IMG/VR virus record: IMGVR_UViG_3300020045_002782
Span: 1 to 55,027 of that record
Length of the DNA: 55,027 nt
Strand: one strand, 5' to 3'
DNA from: a virus
Lineage: Duplodnaviria; Caudoviricetes
The notes beneath the pieces are model-generated. The model was not told the origin of the DNA. It worked only from the letters and a program-made list of their open reading frames with translations, and ran no database searches. The position numbers were made by a program, and so were the translations under genes. The stretch's first letter is position 1. Every line of letters starts with the position of its first letter. Below, one piece after another: positions 9,377 through 18,301 of this stretch.

Positions 9377-11105
9377 ATATGTAACATATACTCCAGAAGG
9401 TAAGATACTTCTTCCCAATGTAAAGAAAATATTCATACCAGATGAAGGTTATGAAATATGCGATGTTGACTTATCGGGTGCTGATATTCAAGTAGTAGCA
9501 GCAGATAGTGGCTGTAAATGGTTACTTGATTTCTTCTCTAAAGAGCAAGATAAGAAAGTATATGCTTATATAGCCAGTGAGTTCTTCCAGAGAGATATAT
9601 CAGATAAGTCTGATGAGTATAAGACCTATAAGGGAATTTTTCACGGCTGTGTTACAGAAGGTCATGAAATCTTGACTAGAAAAGGATGGATAGATATTGC
9701 AGATTATGATGGTACAGAAGAAATAACTGTATGGGATAGAGTCACTAATAAAATTTTCTTTGAGAATCCTAAAGGATTTAATAAAGATTTTGTCGAACCA
9801 AATGAATTTTTATACAGTGTAGAAGGAAGAGCTATAAGTTTTTTAGGAACCCAAGACCATAAATTTCCTTATATTACCTCACCTAAGCATGGAATAAAGA
9901 CTGATGAAATACAAAATTTACCTTTTTCAGCACAGATACCGTATACAGGTGAGTATATTGGAGGTGCTATACATTTAGATAATAATTTTATAAGATTATT
10001 AGTAGCTTTTCAAGCTGATGGTACTATTGAAAGCATAGATGCAGAAGGTAGAGGTACTTTTTATTTTCAGTTCCATAAAAAAAGAAAAATAGATAGATTG
10101 GTAGAAATACTTTCTAAATTAAATGTACATTATAAATTATCTAATTTAACGAGAATTGTGGAAAATAAAGTTTATAATTACACTAATATATGGTTTAAAG
10201 GGGTACTAGACCCTTATATGAAAAAATTAGATTGGTGGATTTTAAATTACTCAAGAGAGAATATATCTTTTTATATCGAAGAATTACCTCACTGGGATGG
10301 GCATATACGACTGAAAGCCGGAAAACAGGTTACAGTCTCATCTACAGATTTTAAAGCGGTAGAGATTATGCAGACACTAATACAATTTTCCAATAAAGGT
10401 TCTGTAGTAAGTAAAGTAGATAAAAGCCATTTGCTTAACAATAAAGACGTTTATGAAGTTTCTATTAGTGGAAATCAATATGCACATTTGCGTAAATGCA
10501 CTAGAAAATTAATTAAACATAAAGGTACAAATGTATATTGTCCACAAACTTCTACAGGTTATTTTATGTGCCGTAGAAATGGTAATATATATGTAAGTGG
10601 TAATACTAATTATTTAATGGGTATAGAAAAACTTGCAAAAATGGCCGGAATAAGCTATAATCTTGCTAAATCTCTACAAGATTTTTACTTTTATTTAAAT
10701 CCTGAAATTCGAGTTTGGCATAAAAGACTCGAACACGATGTTAAGACAACGGGCTTTGTGCGTAATAAATTCGGGCGTAGAATGCAATTTTTTATTACTC
10801 GCGATAATCCTACAGTTATGAATGAAGTGGCCGCCGCTATACCGCAAAGCACGATAGGTGACGTTATTAATAGAGCATGGGTAAATTTAATTAAAAATTT
10901 ACCAGAGATTCAAATTTTGATGCAAACGCATGACTCATTAACAAATCAATATCCTATAGAAGTTGCAGAGCAGTATAGAAAAGATATTCTAAAATATATG
11001 GAAGTCCCTATTCCCTACGACCCACCATTGATAATAGGTTCAGATATAAAAGTATCCCGTAGTTCATACGGAGATTGTGTACACCCTAGGAAACTAAAGG
11101 TATAA
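9363..11105 (+). CDS. polA: DNA polymerase family A, C-terminal catalytic part, intein-containing
   Basis: Motif A DVDLSGAD, motif B K..FHG/TNY interrupted by intein, IPQST, motif C QTHDSL. Confidence 0.9.
   Translation: MITNKYVTYTPEGKILLPNVKKIFIPDEGYEICDVDLSGADIQVVAADSGCKWLLDFFSKEQDKKVYAYIASEFFQRDISDKSDEYKTYKGIFHGCVTEGHEILTRKGWIDIADYDGTEEITVWDRVTNKIFFENPKGFNKDFVEPNEFLYSVEGRAISFLGTQDHKFPYITSPKHGIKTDEIQNLPFSAQIPYTGEYIGGAIHLDNNFIRLLVAFQADGTIESIDAEGRGTFYFQFHKKRKIDRLVEILSKLNVHYKLSNLTRIVENKVYNYTNIWFKGVLDPYMKKLDWWILNYSRENISFYIEELPHWDGHIRLKAGKQVTVSSTDFKAVEIMQTLIQFSNKGSVVSKVDKSHLLNNKDVYEVSISGNQYAHLRKCTRKLIKHKGTNVYCPQTSTGYFMCRRNGNIYVSGNTNYLMGIEKLAKMAGISYNLAKSLQDFYFYLNPEIRVWHKRLEHDVKTTGFVRNKFGRRMQFFITRDNPTVMNEVAAAIPQSTIGDVINRAWVNLIKNLPEIQILMQTHDSLTNQYPIEVAEQYRKDILKYMEVPIPYDPPLIIGSDIKVSRSSYGDCVHPRKLKV
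9648..10604 (+). mobile_element. intein (319 aa) with LAGLIDADG homing endonuclease
   Basis: Starts CVTEGHEILT, block B TQDH, LVAFQADG and LPHWDG motifs, ends VYCPQT..VSGN followed by +1 Thr; removal restores FHG-TNYLMG. Confidence 0.92.
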
Positions 11106-11385
11106 ATATGAGTTCATCCACTGATTTGCCTAAAATAAAAACTCCTTATGATGACGCGTTACTATACGCAACAACTAATGAAGCGTTTTATAATTTTGAA
11201 GTGCGGTTGTTATCCAATTTGGCAGACCAGTGGCGTATAACACAAGGCATTTTAAGGCTTTGTTTAACAGGAAAATAAATACTATGATTATCTATGCTAT
11301 AGTTTTCAATGATCCATTATATACATATAACTATAGCCTATATAGCCGTTCAAATAGCAATCACATTTAATAAAGGTAATAAAAT

Positions 11386-11871
11386 ATGCTAATACAATAC
11401 AAACTTACAGAAGAAGCTAAAAGACTTGAACTTGTCTTAGGAACAAAGTTTACACCTAAACGTGCAACACAAGGTTCTGCTGGATTTGATCTTAAGCTCT
11501 GCACAGAGTTCCCTATACATATTCCAGCATATACTTATGCAAAGATACCTACAGGTGTACATATGTGGCTTGTAGACCTTGATGATACTGCATTTGACCA
11601 AGTACATTCTATAGCTGGGCTTCTTATGCCTAGAAGTTCTTTAAAAGGACTACAGTTGACTAACTCCATTGGTCTTATTGATAGCGATTATCAAGGTGAA
11701 TATTTTGTATCTGTTTTCAACTATACAGATAGTCTTATTCGCTTACTTCCTGGGGAGAGTATTGCACAACTGTGCATGGTACAAGCATATACACCAGACC
11801 TTGTGAAAGTAGAGGAGTTCACTCATCTAACAGAGCGTGGTGAAGGTGGTTTTGGGCATACAGGGATATAA
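11386..11871 (+). CDS. dut: trimeric dUTPase
   Basis: SAGFDL, PRSS, GLIDSDYQGE, IAQL, RGEGGFGHTG. Confidence 0.95.
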   Translation: MLIQYKLTEEAKRLELVLGTKFTPKRATQGSAGFDLKLCTEFPIHIPAYTYAKIPTGVHMWLVDLDDTAFDQVHSIAGLLMPRSSLKGLQLTNSIGLIDSDYQGEYFVSVFNYTDSLIRLLPGESIAQLCMVQAYTPDLVKVEEFTHLTERGEGGFGHTGI

Positions 11872-11872
11872 A

Positions 11873-12022
11873 ATGTTTGGTACTATTGTATATATTTTAA
11901 CAGTAATATTCTTTATCTACGTAATACGAGAGTATATCCTAGTTTCATATGATGAATGCTTCGATGAAGATGAGCATATAACTGGATTGTATCTATTAGA
12001 CGATGATAACTTTTACCACTAG
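11873..12022 (+). CDS. small membrane protein
   Basis: MFGTIVYILTVIFFIYVI hydrophobic segment; ATG after dut stop. Confidence 0.5.
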   Translation: MFGTIVYILTVIFFIYVIREYILVSYDECFDEDEHITGLYLLDDDNFYH

Positions 12023-12171
12023 GTGACTTATGAAAGTATTATACGCATTATCTTATGTAGCAGGTGCTGTAACTTTATGGTGTGCTTTTCAATATGCTGT
12101 ATCAGCATCTAATCCCTGCTCTACCTTTAGAGATACATCTTGTGACTTTACTACAGTGAAGTGGAAATAGT

Positions 12172-12840
12172 ATGTTTGTTAAAGTCTTACGTGAAGCAGG
12201 TTATGAAGAAGCTCTTATGGGATTATCACTATCATTTTATGACCATAAGATACCTTTAATAGATTGGGAACATCCTTTAATTAGTTTAAATTTATATAGA
12301 CTTTTTCAAGACCTAATTGGTATAGATGACAAGACTTTCTGGACTACTGAAAGATTTGAACGTGCAGAGAAAAGAGCTAGAGCACTAGCTTTTAAAGGTG
12401 GCGGGCATAATAAGTTCCTAGAATCAATAGTTGTATGGTTATATATACAAGCTCCTAGAAGTTTCTGGAGTGAGTTTGATACTTATAGAATTGGTATGAC
12501 TAAGAATTCTAGTTCTACTATGCATACACTTGATAAACGCAATGTTGATTTTGATGATTTTGAAAGTGGTACTACTTTAGAAAGCATAGAAGCTTTCAAT
12601 AAATCCTTAGATAACTATAGAAACCCTTTATTAGAATCTACATATAAGAACATAACTTTGCTTAAGAATAACCTTCCAGAGGGTTGGTTACAGGAAAGGC
12701 AAATATGTACAAATTATATGACTTTACAGAATATTGTAAGACAAAGGGATGGGCATAGATTGAAGTATTGGAATAACTATTTTAAGGAAGCTCTTAAAGA
12801 ACAGCTTCAACACCATGAACTAGTATTTATACCAACTTAA
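12172..12840 (+). CDS. divergent ThyX/Thy1-like protein
   Basis: GHNKFLE, APRSFWSEFDTYR..SSSTMH, LPEG, NYMTLQNIVRQR..H; canonical RHR motif absent. Confidence 0.6.
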   Translation: MFVKVLREAGYEEALMGLSLSFYDHKIPLIDWEHPLISLNLYRLFQDLIGIDDKTFWTTERFERAEKRARALAFKGGGHNKFLESIVVWLYIQAPRSFWSEFDTYRIGMTKNSSSTMHTLDKRNVDFDDFESGTTLESIEAFNKSLDNYRNPLLESTYKNITLLKNNLPEGWLQERQICTNYMTLQNIVRQRDGHRLKYWNNYFKEALKEQLQHHELVFIPT

Positions 12841-12855
12841 CTATTCGAGATACAT

Positions 12856-13059
12856 ATGGCTATATTCTACGCAACTATTTCAAGTAACCAAACTTTCAAT
12901 GGAGTATCTGGCCCAGGACATGTAGAGATACATGCTATAGATGAAGGTTATGCACGTAAACTCATTAGAGAAGCTACAGACAATAAATGGGCATTTATGT
13001 ATAAGGATATAAACGAAGTTCATGAACTTGATAGAATACTTTTAGGTGTACTATGGTAA
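12856..13059 (+). CDS. hypothetical protein
   Basis: 67-aa ORF in operon. Confidence 0.65.
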   Translation: MAIFYATISSNQTFNGVSGPGHVEIHAIDEGYARKLIREATDNKWAFMYKDINEVHELDRILLGVLW

Positions 13060-13277
13060 ATGATAATAATATAACAGATCTTAAACAGCATAAAATATTA
13101 ATGGATATAGCAATACGATAGAATAGGAAATTCTATTTCAATACTTTAAATATGCCAGCTAATACACCATTAGCTATTATCTTTAATAGGCTTTTACAGG
13201 TTAATGGTACTTATACTTCGGACTCTGATATTAATAATATTAGAGAAGCTGCTATGACTATAGAAAAATGGAGTTAA
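13053..13277 (+). pseudogene. 74-codon ORF with an in-frame TAG at codon 23
   Basis: AGGT RBS, ATG 13053, TAG 13119-13121, same frame open to TAA 13275-13277, exactly filling the gap. Confidence 0.5.
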
Positions 13278-13278
13278 T

Positions 13279-13533
13279 ATGATGCATACTATGAACTATG
13301 ATAAAACAGAAGTAGAAAGGCTTGTATTAAGCACAGAAGAAATAAAACTTATTCAAAAGCTTAGAAAAGAGAAGTTAAAAATACAATGGTATAATGAAGG
13401 TGTACTAGCGTCCTCTAAACATCTTGAAGATTTAGCAAGTCAATGTTGCGGAGGAAGTGGAGAAGGTGGAGAGATATATAAAACTATGGCCGATAGTCTA
13501 CGAAGAAATTGTTTTCTACCAGAAGTAGAATGA
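13279..13533 (+). CDS. hypothetical protein
   Basis: GGAG RBS; 84 aa. Confidence 0.6.
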   Translation: MMHTMNYDKTEVERLVLSTEEIKLIQKLRKEKLKIQWYNEGVLASSKHLEDLASQCCGGSGEGGEIYKTMADSLRRNCFLPEVE

Positions 13534-13748
13534 ATAAAAACCTTCTAAAAGACCACCAGGTCAGGGAACTCACTAACCATGTTAAATATAGTATAGAAAC
13601 AGCTCTTAAAGGTTATAAATTACCACAATGTTTTAGAGAGATAGTTTCTTGTGCTATACAATCTTATCTAATTAAAGAAAATATATGGAAACCTCATGCA
13701 TATAACGAAGCCTCAGAAAGTCCTGCACCTAAAGAAAGAATTAGCTAA
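13530..13748 (+). CDS. hypothetical protein
   Basis: ATGA overlap with previous gene. Confidence 0.55.
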   Translation: MNKNLLKDHQVRELTNHVKYSIETALKGYKLPQCFREIVSCAIQSYLIKENIWKPHAYNEASESPAPKERIS

Positions 13749-14604
13749 GGTTAAGCCAAACCTTAAGGGTAACTACATCATTACAGAGAAGTTCGAAGGG
13801 TGGTATGTTACTATATATTACAATGCATATACAGAACAATGGGACTATCCTAAGAGCTTCAATGCTAAGAGTGCTGCAGAAAGACCTGTACCATCTCTTA
13901 TGTGGACGAGAGATGCTATATTCTCTAAGCTTCCTAAACCTAAGACAAGTCTTACACTTATAGCAGAAGCTTATGCATATGATACACCATTTCATATTCT
14001 AAACGGGCTTCTAAATAGAAGTGCAGGGAACTTTGATTTTAAAGATGTAGTCTTTATGATACATGATCTTGTGTATACATATGATATGGCTGGAAGTCCT
14101 CAGACTGCTATAGAAAGGTATAAAGAGCTTAAGATTTTTGAAAAATATTTTAATACCTACAGTCTGCGGGTAGTCCCGATTATATCCATATCTCCATACC
14201 ATGAGGAGTTGTGGAAATTTACCTTTGATACTATAGCAGAACAAGGTGGAGAAGGTATAGTAGCTAAGAGAGAAAACTCTTTATACTCCCCAGGTAAGAG
14301 GAATTCAGACCTTCTAAAGTTAAAGCTTGAGTGTGAGATAGATGCTCTAGCTATAGGCTTAGAGGAAGGTATAGGAGAGAAAGGAAACTTATCTTTAACC
14401 TTGATTTCTCGAAGAAAGAATGGTATACTTATAAGGACTGTTATATCAAAGCATGAAGATCAGAGAATCTTTCGAGAAGATTCTTCAAATGTAATTGGTA
14501 AAGTGGTAACTATAAAAGGTATGGAAGAATATGAAGATGGGCAGATAAGACAACCTGTCTTTTCGTGTATTAGAGAAGATAAAACTCCACAGGAGATAGA
14601 CTAA
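13696..14604 (+). CDS. ATP-dependent DNA ligase
   Basis: Motif I EKFEG, EAY, FMIHD, EGIVAKR, LLKLK, OB-fold tail IRQPVFSCIREDK. Confidence 0.88.
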   Translation: MHITKPQKVLHLKKELAKVKPNLKGNYIITEKFEGWYVTIYYNAYTEQWDYPKSFNAKSAAERPVPSLMWTRDAIFSKLPKPKTSLTLIAEAYAYDTPFHILNGLLNRSAGNFDFKDVVFMIHDLVYTYDMAGSPQTAIERYKELKIFEKYFNTYSLRVVPIISISPYHEELWKFTFDTIAEQGGEGIVAKRENSLYSPGKRNSDLLKLKLECEIDALAIGLEEGIGEKGNLSLTLISRRKNGILIRTVISKHEDQRIFREDSSNVIGKVVTIKGMEEYEDGQIRQPVFSCIREDKTPQEID

Positions 14605-14864
14605 TGCTAGAGTTATATAGATATTTTAAAAGTATCCTCTTCCCACACAAATGTACCATCTTTGCAAATTATTATAGTATAAACAAGAAAGTATGCCTTG
14701 AGTGCGATAGAAAATTTCCTATTATTAATAATATAAAACATCAGAGATAATATGCCTTTTAAACCAAATTGCCCTATATGTGGTGCGAATAGGAACAGTA
14801 ATAAACATAAAGCACAATCTAAACAATGTGATGCTAAGATAAAAGAACTCTATAGGGAGAAGAT

Positions 14865-15503
14865 ATGCAAAAAATAGATAAGAAGATAGTATCTTATAAA
14901 GTAATTGATAAGACTAAAGAAGTTACTCTCCCAGAAGAACTTCCTAAATTCGTTCGACATGAACGTGAAGAAGTTCTACATGGAAGAGCTTATAAGATTA
15001 AACCTGCGGGACAAGATGATAGTTACTACATTATTATAAATAATCAAATTATTGACGGAATACAACGTCCTATGGAGATATTTATAAATTCTAAGAATGT
15101 AGAACACTTTCAATGGATACAGCTTGTCACGAGACTAGTCTCTGCTATATTCCGTAAAGGTGGAGATTATTCTTTTATAGTCGAAGAATTCAAAGCAATA
15201 CATGATCCTAAAGGAGGGTACTGGGGTAAAGATCGTATAACTGGTAAAGGTATATTCTATAGCTCAATGCTTAATGAAATAGGAGCAGTTATTGATGAAC
15301 ATATAAGATATACAACAGGAAATATAGAAGAGATTTCAATAGAACCTATGGAACTATTCCATGAGACGTTAGTGGAAAATCTAAAAGAAGTTTCAGAATT
15401 TCCAGAAAATGCAGCACTTTGTGCTAAATGTTCACATAAGTCTGTAGTGATACTAGATGGTTGTGCAACTTGTTTAAATTGCGGCGATAGTAAATGTGGG
15501 TAA
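14865..15503 (+). CDS. nrdJb: class II ribonucleotide reductase small chain, NrdJb-like (TSCPD domain + Cys cluster)
   Basis: RPMEIFINSKN..HFQW..LVSAIFRKGGD..VEE..DPKGGY and C-terminal CAKC..DGCATCLNCGDSKCG. Confidence 0.85.
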   Translation: MQKIDKKIVSYKVIDKTKEVTLPEELPKFVRHEREEVLHGRAYKIKPAGQDDSYYIIINNQIIDGIQRPMEIFINSKNVEHFQWIQLVTRLVSAIFRKGGDYSFIVEEFKAIHDPKGGYWGKDRITGKGIFYSSMLNEIGAVIDEHIRYTTGNIEEISIEPMELFHETLVENLKEVSEFPENAALCAKCSHKSVVILDGCATCLNCGDSKCG

Positions 15504-15521
15504 ACTTAGGAAATAACTAAT

Positions 15522-16220
15522 ATGAGTAAAATTTTAATCTTAGATACAGAAACAACAGGACTTATTGAACCAATTCAACCAGTAGAAATGGCTTGGATTG
15601 AATTAGATAAGAGTTTTAACGAAGTTAGTTCTTTTCTTAAAAGATATAAACCTTCTAAACCTATTGAATTAGGAGCAAAAGCAACATCCCATATTTTTGA
15701 AGAAGAGTTAGAGGATGAAGAACCTTGGGAACAATGTCTTAAAGATATTCCCGCAGATACAGAGTATCTTATAGGTCAAAATATTGACTATGATTGGAGA
15801 GTTATAGGTTCACCAGATATTAAACGTATCTGTACAAAAGCTTTAGCTACTTTAATTTGGCCTGATTTAGATTCATATAGTCAAAGTGCTTTAATTTATC
15901 ATTTGTTTGGTATAAAGGCAAGACCTAGGTTAAAAAATGCGCATTCAGCTTTAGCTGATGTTACTAACAATAAGGCTCTCTTACTTGAAGAAATAGAACT
16001 TTTAGATAAGAGGTATTATTTAGAACCTATGTCTATAGAGAAACTCTACGAACTATCAGAACTTGCAAGAGTTCCTACTAAAATTACATTTGGTAAATTT
16101 AGAGGTATGCCGTACACAGCGTTAGATATAGGCTATGTTCAATGGTGGATGTATAAAAGTGATACACCTCCAGACATATATCAAATGAAAGCTATTCGTA
16201 ATGCAGGATTCAAGGTATAA
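15522..16220 (+). CDS. DEDDh 3'-5' exonuclease, ExoX-like
   Basis: LDTETTG, GQNIDYD, AHSALAD, C-terminal FGKFRG. Confidence 0.88.
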   Translation: MSKILILDTETTGLIEPIQPVEMAWIELDKSFNEVSSFLKRYKPSKPIELGAKATSHIFEEELEDEEPWEQCLKDIPADTEYLIGQNIDYDWRVIGSPDIKRICTKALATLIWPDLDSYSQSALIYHLFGIKARPRLKNAHSALADVTNNKALLLEEIELLDKRYYLEPMSIEKLYELSELARVPTKITFGKFRGMPYTALDIGYVQWWMYKSDTPPDIYQMKAIRNAGFKV

Positions 16221-16231
16221 AATATATATAT

Positions 16232-16861
16232 ATGATAACATTAATACTCGATACAGAAACAACTGGAATTTCTAAAGAAGATAAAGTAATAGAGCTAGGC
16301 TACTTAGAAGCTACAACACTTTTAAATGAGTTAGAAACTTTATCAGAAATAGGCGAAGATAGTTACATAGACGCTTTAAATACTGACATTGTATCTGAAA
16401 GATACTTCACATCACAACCTATAAGCCAACGTGCTTGGGAAGTACATGGTATTGGTATGTCAAGCTTATATGGATGCCCTAAGACAGAGACTATTACTAT
16501 CCCTGAAGATACATGTTATATAATTGGGCATAATATATCTTTCGATAAGCGCCTACTCTTACAAAGTAATCCTGAACTTAAAGATAAACTGGAGTCTGTA
16601 AGATACATATGCACTCTAGCTCTAGCTAAGAGTATTTCGAAATTCCTAAATAAAGATTTCGAAAATAACCAATTGAATACATTGTTTACGTATTATTACC
16701 CCCATCTACAGGAAGCCTTTGTAACAACACTACATAATGCTAAAAATGATGTTATCAAGACATTGCTTTTACTTATAGCTATTTCAAAAGAACTTCCAGC
16801 TTTAGAGACATGGGAAGATATTTACAATTTTCAAAATGCTATAAAAGCTAAAAAGAAATAG
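16232..16861 (+). CDS. DEDDh 3'-5' exonuclease (second paralog)
   Basis: LDTETTG, VHGI, GHNISFD, LHNAKND. Confidence 0.88.
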   Translation: MITLILDTETTGISKEDKVIELGYLEATTLLNELETLSEIGEDSYIDALNTDIVSERYFTSQPISQRAWEVHGIGMSSLYGCPKTETITIPEDTCYIIGHNISFDKRLLLQSNPELKDKLESVRYICTLALAKSISKFLNKDFENNQLNTLFTYYYPHLQEAFVTTLHNAKNDVIKTLLLLIAISKELPALETWEDIYNFQNAIKAKKK

Positions 16862-16862
16862 T

Positions 16863-17312
16863 ATGGGTACTTCTATACAGAATCTATACAATTGGTTAAT
16901 AACCCCAGACAGTGAGATAGCTTCAATGGAAACTTTTAATAAATCTCTTATAGAGAGAGCAATGGATGCTCATGATGCATCTTATACACCTAAAGATAAT
17001 GGAGGCACTACATCTTACTATGACCTTCCTAGACCTTCTTTAAAAGAACTTACAGAAACTCTTTTAAATGAAATTCATGATAAAACTGATGCAGAGTATA
17101 TGGCTTCCCTTATCTTAAAGATGTTCCCATCTACTCTAAACGATCTTATAGAGTTTAAAGAAATGAAACCATTTCAACATGAGATATTTAAAGCATGTTA
17201 TGCTTTGAAAGAACGTGCTCTTAAAGGTGATGCATCTATAGAACGTGAATTGAATAAGATTCAATACTATCTCGATAGAGGAAAAGATTTGAATTTTCAT
17301 AAAAAACTATGA
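16863..17312 (+). CDS. DUF3310-like phage protein
   Basis: GGTTSYYDLP..LNDLIE..EIFKACY..ELNKIQYY. Confidence 0.5.
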   Translation: MGTSIQNLYNWLITPDSEIASMETFNKSLIERAMDAHDASYTPKDNGGTTSYYDLPRPSLKELTETLLNEIHDKTDAEYMASLILKMFPSTLNDLIEFKEMKPFQHEIFKACYALKERALKGDASIERELNKIQYYLDRGKDLNFHKKL

Positions 17313-17689
17313 TTTCAGATTTAGTAAATATAATAGTGGTATTATGTATTATAGCTGTAGGAATACTTACATACGAACTCTACACTATAGATGAGTGTAG
17401 TACATGGGTATATTCTACAGATATATGTTCCAGTGATTCATTTGAAGATATGAAAGGATTAGTAGATGAAAGATAGAGAGATTAAAGCTAAGCATCCGTG
17501 GATGAAATTCTTTGTAATAGGTAAAGACCCTAAAGAAGATGAATTAGAAAGATCACAGCAAGAGACTAGAAGGAAGTTAAAAGAGAGTTATAGGTTTAAT
17601 AAGTTCCATAGAACTTCTACTAATTCTAATGATTAAACGTAGTTAAACCACTCCCTCCCAATCTATCCCACTCCCTCCTCCCCTCCCAC

Positions 17690-17728
17690 AAAAGCTACTA
17701 ACCCACACATAGGTTAGTAGCTTTTTTT
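17690..17728 (+). terminator. intrinsic terminator (potentially bidirectional) closing the replication module
   Basis: AAAAGCTACTAACC-8nt loop-GGTTAGTAGCTTTTTTT. Confidence 0.9.
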
Positions 17729-18107
17729 ACATTGTCTACAATTCCACTCTGTACACAATTCCCGTACACTTCACAAAAATGTACACCGGCGACCGAACCA
17801 CCATAAAAGCCCTTATAAATCAATAAAATCCAGCTAAGCTGAGCTTCATAGCGCTATTTTCTACCCGTGGCAATACGTACCTAGCCTTAAAAAATTCCAC
17901 TCTCAAGATCGAAGATTTTAATTAAACACCGTTCAATTAAATACTAAGCTCCACCAACCTTATATACCCTAAATAATACCTATTCTATCTCCATACTCAT
18001 GGCGACCTAACCTCTTTAAAGACCTTTTGGCGACCGAGACCCTTTAATATGCGTATATACGCATACACTATATAGACCCTGTGTCGCCATAAGAGATGTT
18101 TCACATC

Positions 18108-18123
18108 TGGCATAGAATATGCA
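18108..18123 (+). promoter_or_regulatory. sigma54-type -24/-12 element
   Basis: TGGCATAGAATATGCA, GG-N10-GC. Confidence 0.5.
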
Positions 18124-18269
18124 TTACTTCGTAATTAAACATTGTTCAATTAAACTACCGTTATAACTTATAGGTTATAGCGAAATATATATTTGACTAG
18201 AGGCATTTACAACGCTTGCTAAGCATGTTACGCGCGCGCTTCATTATATATAGGCATGTATGCCTATAC

Positions 18270-18282
18270 TAACCTATTGATT
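18270..18282. promoter_or_regulatory. IHF-type box
   Basis: TAACCTATTGATT fits YAANNNNTTGATW. Confidence 0.55.
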
Positions 18283-18301
18283 ATTATAGACTTTTCTACA
18301 G

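Noticed and set aside
9257-9400. Group I intron splitting the polymerase
   Set aside because: Only ~142 nt, no recognisable P7 or other core elements, and it reads as plausible acidic protein
18001-18008. A definite lambda cos site
   Set aside because: Only 8 of 12 nt match (GGCGACCT), the motif is repeated and lies ~10 kb from terS; kept only as a hypothesis
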